From assembly GCF_009914755.1 (NCBI RefSeq), contig NC_060934.1: a stretch of DNA of 64,000 nt; one strand, written 5' to 3'. This document shows positions 25,392-43,582 of the stretch, piece by piece. The notes under the pieces were generated by a model, which saw nothing but the letters and a program-made list of their open reading frames with translations, ran no database searches and was not told the origin of the DNA. The translations under genes were made by a program, and so were the position numbers. The stretch comes from the human T2T-CHM13v2.0 reference genome, Homo sapiens. Every line of letters starts with the position of its first letter. The first letter of the stretch is position 1.

Positions 25392-25704
25392 TATATTATA
25401 TCAGCTATTCATTATTATAATATCAGATATTATAATAACATTTATCAAACATGCAAGGCACTATATTAATTTCTTTACATACATTATTTTAGTTCTCACA
25501 GCTATGTTGTGAAGCAATTTCTCTGTTTGTGAGAAAGAAGCTAGAGTTCAGAGAGATCAAGAACTTGCCAAGGTCAGCAACCAGTAAATAGGCAGTATTT
25601 ATATCTAATTCTACATGATTCTAAAGATAAGGCCACACGCTGGCAGCAAATAGTAAACGTATGTCTTCTTGACTACCATAGTATTTTAAAATAAATTTGA
25701 ATTA

Positions 25705-27705
<2,001 letters not shown>

Positions 27706-29039
27706 ATTGAAATTATTTGCCACTGTTTGAAAATTGAGAGACTGCACATCAAAATCTAGAGTTCCAGTTACAGGTTGTTCATTATTCACTGCCCCTCTCC
27801 TCTTTCCCACCCCTGCTTCATTCATTTATGTATACAATCACCATGCACAGGGTAGGCACTTAGTATGTGCTGGAAACTATGCTTTAGCAGGGAGGCCTGG
27901 AAAACCATCACCCTGCTTGCTCTGTGCCTGTTTCTCAATTGACATACAGTGAGGTGGAGCCAGTCCTCTCTGGAAAATAGCAAATCTGATCTGCCTGTGG
28001 CAGGCACAGTGGGTGGGGGAGATAGTCAGAAAGGGAAGAATTGCCATGAGTTGATGCTCTGGAGAAGGTGAGGCTGGCTTATAAAGTCTTCACTATCCCC
28101 ATGCCCGGCTTCACCCAATTCAGATCAAACTCTTCCATAAACTTCCAGGACACACCCCAAGCTCAGCTAACTTCCCTGAAGCTGCAGATTTTGTTCTGAT
28201 GAAAATTGCTGCGTTTTTTGGTCTGTTCTTTATGTCTGTGTGGAGCACCTTTGCTTTATCAAAATGCTGAGGGCCAGGAGTCCAGGCCTGGGGGTCTGTC
28301 CCTCAGATCTTGTAGGCAGACCTTAGTTCCAGCAACAAAAACCAGAAAATAAGACGTCTGGCTCTAGGCAGGACATTCGTGTCCTCCTATCCACCGAGAC
28401 CTCCCCTAGGAACTCACTTGGGAGTTTAATCATGCTTACTGGCAAGATATTACTCTGCACATTTAATTTAGCCCTCTGCTATCAATTTTTTAATCTCTGT
28501 CTTTAGTGAGAAGAGACAGCAGTTGGTTATCGTCTTTTTAAACACTCCATGCTGTTACTGAGTCATTTCCCTCCCCACAGTCTTCCCCACTCCAGGATAA
28601 ATAATCCCTACTCATTCAAACTTTCTGTGGTGCTCTTGAGAGAAAAACACTCTACAATTATACGAAATAAGAAGACTAATAATTCCCATAATTGTGTCTT
28701 TCAACCCACCCCCTGGCCAGGACATTTTGTTTCTCAAACTACTGTCACTCATCTCAAAGATACTGCAGCAGCAAAAGGAGACGGAGGCAGAAGCTGAATC
28801 CCCAAAGGGTGAGCCCAGGCAGATGGGGAGGCTGGTGGAGCCTGAGCTGGGACTCTGGTGGATGGACTGAAAGTGCCGCTTTCACAGTCGGATATGGCGT
28901 TAACATTTTCCATCTCATTTGATGACAATAATACGCCCTGCCTCAAGGAAAGTCAATATGTAAAAATACATTTTTTTTTCACAGAAAATAAACTGAAGAA
29001 ATCACATAACCTCAGAGCCCATTTAACTGAACCCCTTCC

Positions 29040-29680
29040 TTTTTAATTATTTCAATGGTTTTTGGAGTAAAGGTGGTTTTTGGTTACATTGATAAGCTAT
29101 TTAGAGGTGGTTTCTGAGATTTTGGTGCACCCGTCAGCCAAGCAGTATGCAGTGTACCCAATTTGTAGTCTTTCCTCTCTCACTCCCTCTCAACCTTCCC
29201 CGTTGAGTCCCCAAAGTCCATTATATCACCCTTATGCCTTTGTGTCCATCATAGCTTAGCTCTCACTTATAAGTGAGAACATTTGATACTTGGTTTTCCA
29301 TTCTTGAGTTACTTCACTTACAATAATGGCCTCTACCTTCATCCAAGTTGCTGCAAAAGACATCATTTCACTTCTTTTTATGGCTGAGTAGTATTCCACG
29401 GTGTATGTGCATATATATATATATATATATATCTTTATCCACTTGTTGGCCGATGGACATTTAGGTTGGTTCCATATCTTTGCAATTGTGAATCGTGCTG
29501 ATATAAACACGTGTGTGCATGTCTTTTTCATATAATGCCTTCTTTTCCTTTGGGTAGATACCCAGTAGTGGGATCGTTGGATTGAATGATAGTTCTACTT
29601 TTAGTTCTTTAAGGAATCTCCATACTGTTTTCCATAGTGGTTGTATTAATTTACATTCCCACCAGCAGTGTAAAAGTGTT
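29040..29680 (-). mobile_element. L1PB-like 3' end, 5'-truncated
   Basis: ORF2 tail (IAKIWNQPKCPS); degenerate TSD tgaaccccttccttttt / tgaacctcatcattttt. Confidence 0.85.
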
Positions 29681-29820
29681 GAACCTCATCATTTTTGAGA
29701 TGAAGAAACAAAAGCCCAGAGTGATTGCATGATGGCATATTGTGAGTTGATATTGCTGTGTCTAGAATTCATAACTGTATTCCGTGAACAAGCATAAAGA
29801 CTTAGGGTATTTATGAATGG

Positions 29821-30003
29821 TCCTCCTGCCCTGGCCTCCCGAGTAGTAGGTGTGAGCTACCACATCCATCTAATTTTTGAAATTTTTTGTATAGACAGGG
29901 TCTATGTTGCCTAGACTGGTCTCAAACTTCTGGCCTCAAGCGATCTACCCGCCTCAGGCTCCCAGAGAGCTGGGATTTAGGCATGAGCCACTATGCTCTG
30001 CCC
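29821..30003 (-). mobile_element. Partial AluJ
   Basis: Left arm plus part of the right arm. Confidence 0.8.
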
Positions 30004-30004
30004 A

Positions 30005-30256
30005 GCTTTTACATTTTTAAATGGTTGAAAAAAATCAAAAGACGAAAAATATTCTAACATGTGAAAATCATATGCCATTCAAATTTCAGTGTTCACAAAT
30101 AAAGTTCTATTGAAACACAGCAATGGTCATTTGTTTACAAATTGTCTATGACTGCTGTCATACTACAATGACAGAATTAGCAGTTGTCAGAGACTGTTTG
30201 GCCAACAAAACCTAAAATATTACTCACCTTTTCAGAGAAAGTTTTCTGACCACTGA
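30005..30256 (+). mobile_element. MER58B-like hAT element
   Basis: aaataaagttctattgaaacacagc...aaaacctaaaatatt...tgaccactg. Confidence 0.7.
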
Positions 30257-30303
30257 TCTAGAACCAGGAGTTTGGCAGTCGTGGCCTCATGATATAGTTG
30301 TAA

Positions 30304-30613
<310 letters not shown>

Positions 30614-31251
30614 TATGATGTACTTTTAAATGAAAGGCTGTGGACTCCCATGAACCTAGAATGCTGTGTGATCCTGAGATTGAAAAAATGGTAGAAACCA
30701 CACATGCCCCAGAAGAGTCCACTTACCCATTAGCTTTATATGACCAAAAAAACCCTACTATCTTTTCATGTAATAATTTAAAGCATTAATATCCTCTCTA
30801 GCCACTCTTTGTGTGTCACACATGAAACGCTGAGCCCCAGGACCTGGATTCTATATAATTTGCTCTGTTCAATATTCAGTAAAACTATGAAATGCTTTTT
30901 AAAAAAGAAAATGTGACAACAGCATTTATATCACTGATGTGACTCCTGAAAACTTGTAGTAACAAAATGTGCCCTTTTTCTTGTTTTCTCCCTTCTTTCA
31001 AACTAAGGCCATGACACAGACATTATTCAAAGGAACACATGGAAAAAGCAGCTCATTGAGCCTGTAAGAGGGCAAATGATCTAATCTACAAGGAAGCTTT
31101 TAAGCAGCCAATTAATCTAGATTGACTGTATTCAATATTTCCTGTGATCTTCATTAGAACATATTCTACTTTCCTTTATCAGCCAAGATAACAGATAAGA
31201 CAAAGGATAAAAGAAAAGTTTAGAGACCCAGTTTTGACAGGAGACCCTTGA

Positions 31252-31548
<297 letters not shown>

Positions 31549-32875
31549 GGAATCTGGTGTTGGATGTCTGTTGTTGGGACCATGAGGTCAAGGACTCAAC
31601 AGGCTGAGGGAGGGGAGGAGGGAAAGTGGTTAGGGAAGCTGTTTCCAACTGCATTTTCTCTCCCATCCCTCAGGTCCTCAGCCCCTACCATCCAAAACCC
31701 AGCGATACACTGTCTAGGCAGGGGCACATGACAGTTACCTTGGAGGTTGCTTTTACTAATATGACTGATTCTAAGGTGGGAATGACCACTTTACTGAGCC
31801 CCCAGGAGGCCTGGTTTATCCCTAATAGAAAGCAGTCATAACTCCCCTGGCATTGGATGCCTGGGGGAACTTTTGCTTCGGGTGCTGTTTTTCCCACTGA
31901 GTTCATAGCTTCCTACTCACATTTCCCTCAAAATCTTGTAATCCAGGAGAATTCGAATAGTTGAATTCACACATCCTATCCTGCTCCCCTTCCTTAACTT
32001 TTGCAAATGGCCCTAGATGCAAATGAGGCCAACAGAAATAAGAAAAGATACAAAAGAATAAATCATGTGCAATAATAATGCCTTCAGGACTTCATACGTG
32101 TGTTCTTGACACCTGCACACTTTACAGCTAAGACATAAAAGGTGCTGTCCCTTAATGATGAAAGCATGCTGATTTTTATAAGCCCAAATCACATTAGGAA
32201 AGCCACTTTATTTCTTGACGATCAAACTGTGCTCAGTGTAGCCTGAAGAAACACAATGATGAGATATTTCTTCATTATTTCATATGTTCTTGAATATATA
32301 AATGTGAAGCATGCAAAACTCACAATTGATTATGAAATGATTACTTTTTTCTCCTTCTCTGAGGGGCTCCACTGAATGATAATATTCTTAGCTAGATGAA
32401 CTTGACTATGTTCATTTCTGCTGTCATGCATAATAAGGGCTTGGAGGATTTTGAAAATGTAATGAACTCTGTGGGGTTTGATTAGCAGAAGAACAAGACC
32501 TTTAAAGTTGATGAGCTTACAGTTGTGCATTTGACATTGACACATTACTCCAGGGGGGTGATCTGAAACTATGACACCAACACACATCTCTGGAGATGAA
32601 TAAGGAGGTTGGAATAACTTGCAATAGGTAGTTTTGTCTGCAGTTTGAAAATTAATATACTCTGTTTAAAATACTTGTGATTAAAGAAAAAACAGCTGTA
32701 GAAATATACCAATCCCTTTAAAAATTATCTATTTAAAGCATCAGAAAAAACAAACAAAAACAAAGGTAAGAAACAAAGGAATAAGAGTTACATATGCAAA
32801 ATCAATCATCCCAGAATCAAGCATTTAGCAGTTTTATAACTGGCATTTTATCAGGCATATATCAGTGAAATCAAT

Positions 32876-33193
32876 TTCTTTTCTTTTCTTTTTTCTTTTT
32901 TTTTTTTTTTTGTTTTGAGACAGGATCTCACTCTGTTGCCCAGGCTAGAGTGCAGTTGTGTGATCATAGCTCACTGTAACCTCAAACTCTTGGACTCAAG
33001 TAATCTTCCTGCTTCAGCTTCCCAAATGGCTAGGAGTACAGTTATGTGCCACTATACCCAGCTAATTTTTTATTTTTTGTAGAGATGGGGTCTAGCTATG
33101 TTGCCCAGTTTGGTCTCAAACTCCTGATCTCAAGAGATCCTCCTGCCTCGGCCTCCCAGAGTGGTGGGAATATAGGTTTGAGCCACTGTGCCA
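32876..33193 (-). mobile_element. AluJ
   Basis: Full dimer. Confidence 0.9.
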
Positions 33194-34539
33194 TACTGCA
33201 GTTTTTTAAAAAGTCATTTCATGAGCAAAACAGATACACATGTGCACACTCACCCGCAGGTTTCCAGGAATCTTCAATAATTATTTGATTCTAATTGCAG
33301 TGCTTTTATTCCAAGTTTTATTTATGGATGACAGATCTTCATCCACAAATAAAAGGAACAAACTTAGATCCTATTTCCAAGCACTGCTTTTGTAATAAAC
33401 AAATACTCACACGCATTTATTATATGAATGAAAAGCACTATTATTCCAGAAAATTGTTCTTTGGACAAAATTATGCATGATTTGAATACATGAGAAAAAA
33501 GAGTGAATAATAGTTTAATGCAAGGAACTAAAAATGCATGTATTAACAAAAGTTCAGGAGATAGGAAGAGAACAAATTAATAAATCAATGTGACGGTGCA
33601 TTAAGAAGAAAATCTAGACTTAGGAGCCGTAATGCCTATGCCAGACAGATCTGTAATCAATTCTAACACAAGTAACTCCCAATGTCTAAAATGTGTAGAA
33701 ATAATATAATTATTGAAGTTACCTCCTCCTTTCTACTGAAATAATTTTTTTCCCAGAAATTCAAAAAGGAGGTAGAACTAAATATCTTCATTCATCACTC
33801 CTCTCTGCAATGTCCTTTTCTTCAACTCTATAAATCAAAAGGTCAAGTGGAGCAAGTCACATCATGGTCCACTACTCTGCAGAAAGGACTGGTGCATGTC
33901 ATGTGTTTCATTTTAAGGGAGAGAACACTTAATGACTCCAGCCTGCATTCCAGCCACCTTTAATCTCTCTCAGGCAAAGGATGAAGGGGGACTGGGGAGG
34001 AGTAGTCAGTTATCAGAGATAGGAAACAAAAAGAACTTCTCTCATTAAAATGCCAGACTTAGTGGAGAAAAACCATCTTCTGGTGGTGGTTGTTCAATTA
34101 CAAAGACTTGTGGAAGTGTCCCTCTGCCTGCTTCTTTATCCCCTAAACCATATTAGAGGGCTGTTGGCTACTGGGTCAAAATAACATGCAATGAAACAGC
34201 ACACAGATGAATGAAGAAGCAAGGAATGAAACTTTGTCCTCAGATGGGTACTGCCGAACTAGCCATCAAGAAAGGGCTGTTCAAACCTCCTAGGCTGTTA
34301 TGTGTAGCCCAAACCTTCTGAATATTCCCAAGTCAAACCACTGAAATGTAACCCTACTTTGCTACACTAAATACTAAATGATTAGTGAGTTCCTCACATT
34401 CAGTCAATTAACTAAATAGTAACTAAGTAATTGGGTATATGGAAGCCAAAAAAAAAAAAAAAAGAGAGAGAGAGGGAGAATAGTCCTAGTTCCTTCTAGA
34501 AAATTTTACTCCAATTGGGAGAATGGGGGAAGAATACTT

Positions 34540-35010
34540 CCCTGTTTTCTTTTTATACCTGACCAAATTCTCTGGTCTGGTCTCACCTAGTACGTCTCCC
34601 CTCTGCCTCTAATTTATGCTCCAGACACACTGACTTCTTATATATTCCTCCTAAAGGCAATTGTATTCCTCCCTCAGAGAATTTGAATTTGCAGTTCCCT
34701 CCACCTGGAATGCTGTCTTCCTCCAGATCTTTCAAGGCTGCTTTCTTCTTATCAATAGGTCACAGAATATGTATTGCCTCCTGAGAGGGGCTTTTCCTGG
34801 CCACTCAATCTAAAGTAGGTCTGAAATCACTACCATATCACCCTTATTTTCCAGGTAATACCATTTAATCAATTTCTCACTTATTACTGGTTCATAGTTT
34901 GTTTCCTACTTGCCTCCAGCCCTGTAGAATTTTAGTTCTTAAAAGCAGGACTTTTGTCCATCTTGTGAACAGTACCAGGAACATAGTAGATGCTCAATTA
35001 ATATTTAAAT
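34540..35010 (+). mobile_element. L2 3' end
   Basis: gttccctccacctggaatgctg...catagtagatgctcaattaatatttaaatgaatg. Confidence 0.7.
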
Positions 35011-38000
35011 GAATGTGAGCAAGCAGAATTCAGAGTTTGCGGGCAGGAATAAAACAGGATAGACTTGAGCTGGTTTTTGAGAGTAGTTAAAATTGCTAAA
35101 GAAAGATAAACATATCCTAGGCCAAGGGAAGAAGTCAAGCAAAATGAGTTCTGGAAGAATTCTCCATGGGAGCAGCTTCAGGGAAGGAGGAGAAGAAAAC
35201 CAACAATTACTGAGCCCCAGTTCTGAGCCCAGTGCTGGGTTGGGTGCCTGAATGTCACAGCTAGAAATAATAAATCTCCTTATCCACATAAAGAGGCCTG
35301 ATGGATGGTGACTGGCACAGGGCTTGGCACAGTGAAAGCTCTTGATAAATGTCTGTTGAATGCTAGAAATGTCTGCTCCTTATTGATGTGTTTACTGATG
35401 ATCCAGAGAGGTAGACATGACACATGGTCTGTTCCTACCTTAAAGGGGTTTGGCAAGGTGGACACAGTCCTCTTACCTATGGACATTGTCAAGTCATAGC
35501 AATTCTGTCTTGCCTTCCAACTATCAAACATTGAATCTTAGGCCTAGATGGGACCTCATAGTCAGTGGGACCCAATTTTCCTGATAATGAACCCATACAG
35601 GAAAAACAGCTTGTTCAAAGTCACACAGCTTGTTAACAGGTTTCGCATCTCCCTTAATTACAATCTTTATTAGGGTTAAAAAAAGCTAATTAATTTCCAA
35701 TATTCACAAATAAAGAGATTTTATGAGTTCAGATTTTTGCCCCTTCTTTCAAAAATCAGATGTTTTAAGCAAAGCTAAGCCTTCCTTTCCATGCAGCAAC
35801 AACTGGCTGCATCAGAGCCACAGCTATGGCCTAGAGCTGGGCATTTTCTCTGCAGTTTGCTCTAGTTCTCCCTAGCCTTGTCTTGGTAAACAGTGGACTT
35901 TGCAGTTCCATGACTGAGAGCCATCAAGAGGCCAAATTGAAGACACCTGGGGCCTCCCCAGTGTGCAAAATAGGGTGGTGCTCTTGCTGGGAAGGCCAGT
36001 CCCGGTAGCTATGATTAATCTTTAGGGACAGGTGTCCTCTTCACCTTTGCTCCTTTTTCACAGAGCACAATACCTGAGATATGTCTGCAGAACTGACCAG
36101 AACAGAATTGAGCACGTCTAGTCTGGAAATGGCGCTTACTCCCAGGACCCTGCGGATAACATGAGCTGCAACTTTGTTAGGGTCAACACCACTGTCGAAG
36201 AGATATCCTCAAGAGAGTTTGGAGATTCAATCAAAGTTAAAGGAAGCCAGTAACTTCTGAGTAATATATGAGTCACGGGGAAAAGGAATAAGCATATTTA
36301 TGAGAACCATGTGAATGTAATATTGTAAAATATAATTGAGATTGCAAAAAAAAGAGCCTCACTTGACTCAAGTATGTGCAGAGAGTAAGGAAAAAGTGCT
36401 GACTTCATGATATCATTAGTTTGTCTTTCCTGCAGGAAAGGATGAGCTGGAACATATAGATCTTCTGCTGTCCACAGCTTATCTCTTTGCCTGTCCTCCA
36501 GGGCCACTCATTTCCTCCTTAACTTCAGTCATCAATCACTCTATTTTCTTGAATCTTCAGTTGGTCTTTTCCTGAACTTGGCTCTCCTGCAACTATCAGC
36601 GCTTTCATAAAATATTCTTTTCTCCAGTTTCAAACCAAGTTCATTAAACTCAGCTACCCTAACATCCTCAATATTTACAGAAATGTTTAGCAAAAACAAA
36701 AAGTCCCAAATGAAACACAAGAATAAATAGTCCAACAGTTGACATTGAACAAAGTTTATAAATCACCTCTAATTGATGACAATATCTCATCTGTAACCTT
36801 GTCAGAGAGATTTATCCTGAATATCTCAGCTAAAAAAAATAGCACCTCCAGCCTGCATCACCCATTACCCTTGTCCCTGCCTCTGTTTTGTTTTTGTTTT
36901 TTTTTTTTTTGCTTACTGGCTCTTATCTCTATCTGAACTTATATGTAGCTCTAGTAGTTTATTCTCCATCTCCCTGCTAGAGTGTGCACTCTTCTAAGAC
37001 AAAAAGTTACCTATTGGTTACTGTGGTATTCAGTAAATATTTTTTTGAGTGATTGAATAAATAACATTTACTACAGTGGTGATTCTGATTAGGATGATAT
37101 TTTGAGAGAATCAAGTTAAAAAGCAAAAATTTTCAAAAGTCTTAGCTTTCATCAAGTGATGTCCAGTTACTGTTTTCAGTGTAGACAGAAACGCATAATG
37201 CTAATGCTATTAACTGAACACGGACAATATATTCCAGGCACTGCACTAAGCATTTTGCATTCATTTTCCCAGTTAATTTTCACCATACTGTAAAAAGTCA
37301 TTGTTATTCATTTTATAAGCAAATCACTCAAGGGCTCTTTACTACTGTATTATACTGGAGAGAGCTTGCAGGACATTAATCTCAACAGGAGTTAACCAAA
37401 TTAACCCTTAAAATAGCAATTTTTCAATTATGTTATGTAAATAGAGCCAGGTCTAGGCCAGACAGGAAATGCAAATGAGGGCACACTTCCGGGAATCTGT
37501 GTTATATGAGTAGTACATGACTCATCTGGAAAGAGGATAAGCGTATTTCTGTGGAACAATCCCATGAATATACAACTGTAAAAGCATAACTGGGACTGAA
37601 AACATGAGCTTCACTTTCATCAAATGGGGAAAATTTTATGCAGAAAGTGTAGACCCTGATGAGTGAAGGTACAAACTCCATTCGAGGAGGACAGCACACA
37701 CCTGGCTCAAGTTGACAGGTGCAAGAATGTGGATCTTCTAATAGTTCAAGAAAGGCTGTAAATCTGGATGTTTTAAAATGCCACTCTCCAGTTATTATAT
37801 ATTGGCAACTAATTTAAAAAAACTGGACATAAACTATGAAGGGAAGATCTAAAAGGAAAACGCTTGTGTTCTGGATCTCAGAGTTCAGTTAAAATTCACA
37901 TGATTTTAAGTCTAAAGGTAAAGTTCTTACGTTGGCTTAGACTTCTGATACCACACAATTATAGAAATGTAGACGAATGATGATATCTTTCACTTTCTCA

Positions 38001-39680
38001 TGGTACTTTCCATTAGAGTGGAATTTTCCAGTTTACGCAGCCCATTATCCACCCTTTTATTCTTTCCTAGTGTGGCTTAGCACTTTATAGGATGGTAGGG
38101 GTTAAGAGAGGGTCCAGATGAGTTTAAAACAGTCAGAACTGTAGGGCCAGAGATAGAGGGTGTAAGTGCATAAATAAGTAGTAGCTATGAGTTCTTCCTC
38201 TGATAAACAGAATGGATTCCCAACTTGACATTGTTTTTATATTTCCTAGAATATTAGGTTTTTATGTAAATTCTTCTTGAAAGTATTTTTATATTACCGT
38301 GTTTTAAAGTCTATGTAACTTTCACTGAGGTGTGCAAATGAAATCCACAGTAGATCACTGGTTAAATCCAGTAAATGCAATGACCCTTCCAAGAACCCAA
38401 GAAGAAGTTGGGCATAGAACCCAGCCAGAGCTCACTAAGGTTGCAATGATTCAAGCACTTATCAACTAAAAAGTAAAAACGGTCCAGAATCACTGATTCT
38501 GCCAAAAGAGCTGTTAGAAATGAGTCATTTGTTAAAATACTAACAATTAAAATGGAAATGAATTAGGAAATTGTCTAACCTGTCCACCTGTTACTGTGGA
38601 GAGAATGTTTTGGTAAAATTTAATCTGAAGATTTAGCTTCACTTGTTTAATTTTTTTTCCACAGGATTTGGGAAAGTTCAAAATATATATATATATACTG
38701 CCACTCTCTCTAACTTCTTCCTCATCTCAGCAATTCATGGCAGATTTACTGTGCCAGGAGTGAGCTGGCCCCATTTGCTACCATTCTCTTCCCAACCAGC
38801 ATGTTAAGGATTTATTTTAAGTGTTCCAGCAAGATTCTGCCAGCAAATATTATGAGCGATAAGGTGATAATTCAGTGTATTCTGATGGTTATATTTCAGG
38901 AGTGTTTGAAATCTCCTCAGCTTTTACTCTATGTGCTAAGGTGGGCTAATTGCAATGGAAATAATCACGAAAAATGCTTTTGGCTCAGCAGACAGCATTT
39001 CCAGAGACTCAGGGCTCCCTCAACATCAAAAACCTGCCAAAATCAAGGTTCCCCTGTGCCACAGCTTCCGTGGAGAGAGACAGGGAGGACTTGAGAACTC
39101 CATACAACTTGGTGAGCTATGAGGACATGCTTGTTAATCCTTGGATTCTCCTAATCTGCCATCAAAGGCAGGCTCTGGGGCAGCCTGGTGCTCGCCCTGT
39201 GAAAAACTGTTCAAGTAAGCAGAGACAGAACAAGAAATGCTAGGTAAATGTATGACACCTTAGCAAACTAGATGTCCTCACACAAACAAAAAAGCAGGAA
39301 GTCTCATGGTTCCCTATGTTAAAAGTCAGGTTAGGGGCTGACAACCTGGGTTTAAAGTTTGCTTGGCTCCTTCCTAGCTCTTAATCTTGGGCTAGTTACT
39401 CAGCTTCTTTTCGTCTTCTGGAGTTACTTCTCACTTTTTTCATCTTAAAAATGAGCATAATAACAGTTTTATTTGACAAGGTTTCTACAAGGAATAATTT
39501 AATATAATAAATGTAATATATACAATGAGGTTAATTAATGTATATAAAGTAGGCACTCAACAAATATTAGTTGTAATTTCCATTGTTATTGTTTACAAAA
39601 AGGAAGAGAACGTGGTTTTATAATTGTCCTTTTAGAGACACTGCAACCCTGTCTCGCATATGCCTATATCGTAAGTATAG

Positions 39681-40013
<333 letters not shown>

Positions 40014-40129
40014 CCATATTCCATATATTGTATGGACTTGGATTTTCACATGGCAAGGGCAAATTCCATCCATATACATGCATACTAACTTTTATTGAAT
40101 ACCTGATAGGTTTCAAGTACTTTGTATAC

Positions 40130-40391
40130 TCAGAGTCCTACTCAGATGCCCAGGCTGGAGTACAGTGGTGCGACGTCTGCCTCCTGGGTTCAAGTGATTC
40201 TTGTGTCTCAGCCTACTGAGTAGCTGGGATTACAGGTGTGCACCACTGCACCTGGCTAATTTTTACGTTTTTAGTAGAGACAGGGTTTTGCCACGATAGC
40301 CAGACTGGGCTCGAACTTCTGGCCTCAAGCTATCCCTGGCTTTGGCTTCCTAAAGTGCTGGGATTACAGGCATGAGCCACTGTGCCCGGCC
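40130..40391 (-). mobile_element. AluJ/S
   Basis: Dimer with an internal deletion. Confidence 0.85.
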
Positions 40392-40678
40392 CCTACTTGG
40401 ATGCCTTTTTAAACTCCCTTGTGTCCCCCATCCTCCTTAGCCTGCTTGATTTGTTCTCATAGCACTTAGCACCTTCTATTACATCTCATAACTTACTTTT
40501 GTATGTATCTATTTTTAAAAAATCACTAAATATATGAAATTTGACTTAATGCCCATAGCATGTCTGTAAAGTAAGTATTATTATCTCCATCTGACAAATG
40601 AGAAAAGTTGCCTGAAATAACATCATCAGATATATGATGAGTTGTAGCTATGGCCCCAAACATCAACTCATGAGATAA

Positions 40679-40939
<261 letters not shown>

Positions 40940-41074
40940 TCATGAGAGAATTTTGACATATTCATAAGATTATAAAAAAAATACACAAATGCTCCAAAGA
41001 AATGCCATTTACTATGCACAATTTATAGAAATGGTTTATTTTGGGTTATCTGTACCTATTTCATAATTTGTAAA

Positions 41075-41210
41075 ATTTTAAGTTCTGGGATACATGTGCA
41101 GGATGTGCAGGTTTGTTATATAGGTAAATGTGTGCCATGGTGGTTTGCTGCACTTATCAACCCATCACCTAGTTATTAAGCCTGGCATGCATTAGCTATT
41201 TATCCTGATA
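41075..41210 (-). mobile_element. Short L1PA 3' end
   Basis: aagttctgggatacatgtgcaggatgtgcaggtttgtt. Confidence 0.8.
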
Positions 41211-43278
41211 CTAGCTCATATGTTTAAATAATAGTTTTTCAATTATCTACTCAACACCCAGCTTTATAAACATTTCCTAGAGTGCCCTTCTTAACAGTTC
41301 ACAGTGCATTTTCACTTAGACTATACAACCAATAATACATCCTTCCAAAAATTTAATAGATTAAAATTTGAATTTCCAAGATCAGACTCTCAAATCAATG
41401 GCTGTAGATAACGGGATCGACTTTACCTCACAAGCCAAAACCAACAGAGCTCTGACTTACTGAACATCCTTCATGACCACATACAAATTGACTCAAAGCA
41501 AAATTCAACTGTAATATACCAGACCAGGTAGCCTCAATGTCACAGGATTTAGTGGTTCTCTGAACTCTGGGAAGCAGAGTGCAAATTGCTTTTGTGTTTC
41601 TGCATGAGGCCATTGGGGAGAGGAGGGGGGATCATAATTCAACAAATTAAGAACCATCACTCCAGAACACCAAGAAGAAAAGGTCACTTCCTCGCCACCC
41701 TGCCCCCTTTCAAAACATTATCTCTTTTTTTAAATCTCCCTCTTCATGTTATGACACAAAACATCATCTCTTAATGCTGATAGTGATAGGATACTTAAAT
41801 AACTGGATTAGAAAATTGCCAAATGCTATGATAATTTATGGAAGAAAACTTTCCTGAATCTAAGAAACACTGACAATTTCCCCAAGTGCCCGGTGGCATT
41901 TTAGGTTGCTGTGATCCTAAGTATGAATCCATTTGATACCACTGAATTCTGAAGAACTCTTCACTAATCAGCAGCGCCTTGCAGAGCCTAATGTACTTGG
42001 TAATGAGGACTTGCACTCTTGCTTGTTCACTACAGAAGACTGATGAGCTGGCATTGTTGTTGCAAATGATTACTAATTACTTCAAAATATTGCTGGACTG
42101 TAAATTCTTGCCTTTGAAAAAAAACACTGTTCACAGGCTGCTATAACAGACACTTGCAAAGGGCAAAGGGATGGTTCTAGTTCCAAGGCTTTGTTATGTT
42201 TTATTTCATTTGATCATCACTAGTACCTGAGATGTAAGGTACTCTGGGCAGGTTTATTATTATTATCCTTCTTTAATAGGCCAGGAAACCAATGCTCATA
42301 GAGATTAAAAACCTTTCCCCAAACAGGTAGTTGCACTAGAACTAGGCCTTTTAATTTCTAACTTGTTCTCATTAACGTAGTCTCCCATCATGACAACAGT
42401 AATAAGACAACACGACAAATGCCAGCCTGGGGAAAAACAACTGGATAGTAAGATAGAATTTGTTATAAAGAAATATATCGTCTATTCTGTACCCAATATT
42501 TACTATTTAAGCACATATTTTGCCAGTCCCCAAGATGCTTTAAAACACACCCATTTATTGATTCAACAAGTACCTAATGATCACTCACTGGGCACCAGGC
42601 ACTACACTCCATGTTAGGGATTCAAGGAATGAAACCTTGCCTCAACCCACAGGTAACTGGCAAAGTGTTTAGAAACAGCTATGCTGTGAAGACTTCTTTC
42701 TCTACTTGGCCACAAAAATCTAACAAAATGTAAAAAAAAGTTACAGTATATTGATTGGCCTAAAAGTTCTATCTCTATCTTGCCCATAAACCATGCCTCT
42801 TCACCACTGATTATGACTACTTATAACCTAAATACTGTTATCTCTTTCCCTAGTCACCCCAACTTTCCCCATGACATTCCAGACAAGAGTTTCTCAAACT
42901 GGTACTCCAGAGGAATTCCTGGAGAAAAGGGACCCCAGTTTCCCTCAGCCTTCTGTGTCCCTTCTTCATATAGATCATGTCTAACTAAGCTAGGCTGTCC
43001 TTCCTTGAATGCCTTAAAACTTGTTTCTCCTCAGTTCCAACCACTTTCTTTCCTGGATTAGAAGGAGCTGGGCCTGTGCCTAACTTGTGGCAGCAGCCCT
43101 ACTACCACCTACAATTTCTCTTTTGGAGTAACTTGGAACCATTTGCTTGACTTTGTCTCAAATCTTCCATGTGCTTTGCCCATGATGGGTACCTTAAGGC
43201 ATAGAAATGCAAGGCTGGATAAAGGAGGGAGCTCACGGCTCCAGCTCTCTCTGGTCTTGTATTCAAAAAAGCACCATG

Positions 43279-43582
43279 GGCCTGGTATGGTGGCTCATGC
43301 CTCTAATCCCAGCATTTTGGGAGGCCTAGGCAGGTGTATCACTTGAGGCCAGGAGTTGGAGATCTGCCTGGCCAACATGGTGAAACGCTGTCTCTACTAA
43401 AAATACAAAAAATTAGCCGGGCATGGTGGCACATGCCTGTAATCCCAAATACTCAGGAGGCTGAGGCGGGCATGAGAATCGTTTGAACCTAGGAGGTGAA
43501 GGTTGCAGTGAGCTGAGATTGTGCTACTGCACTCCAGTCTGGGCAACAGACTGAGACTCCATCTCAAAAACAAACAAACAAA
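43279..43582 (+). mobile_element. AluS
   Basis: Full dimer, (CAAA)n tail. Confidence 0.92.

Noticed and set aside
28420-28431. gggagtttaatc identical to the motif at 61759 and 61781
   Set aside because: A 12-13 bp match somewhere within 64 kb is expected by chance; the flanks do not align.
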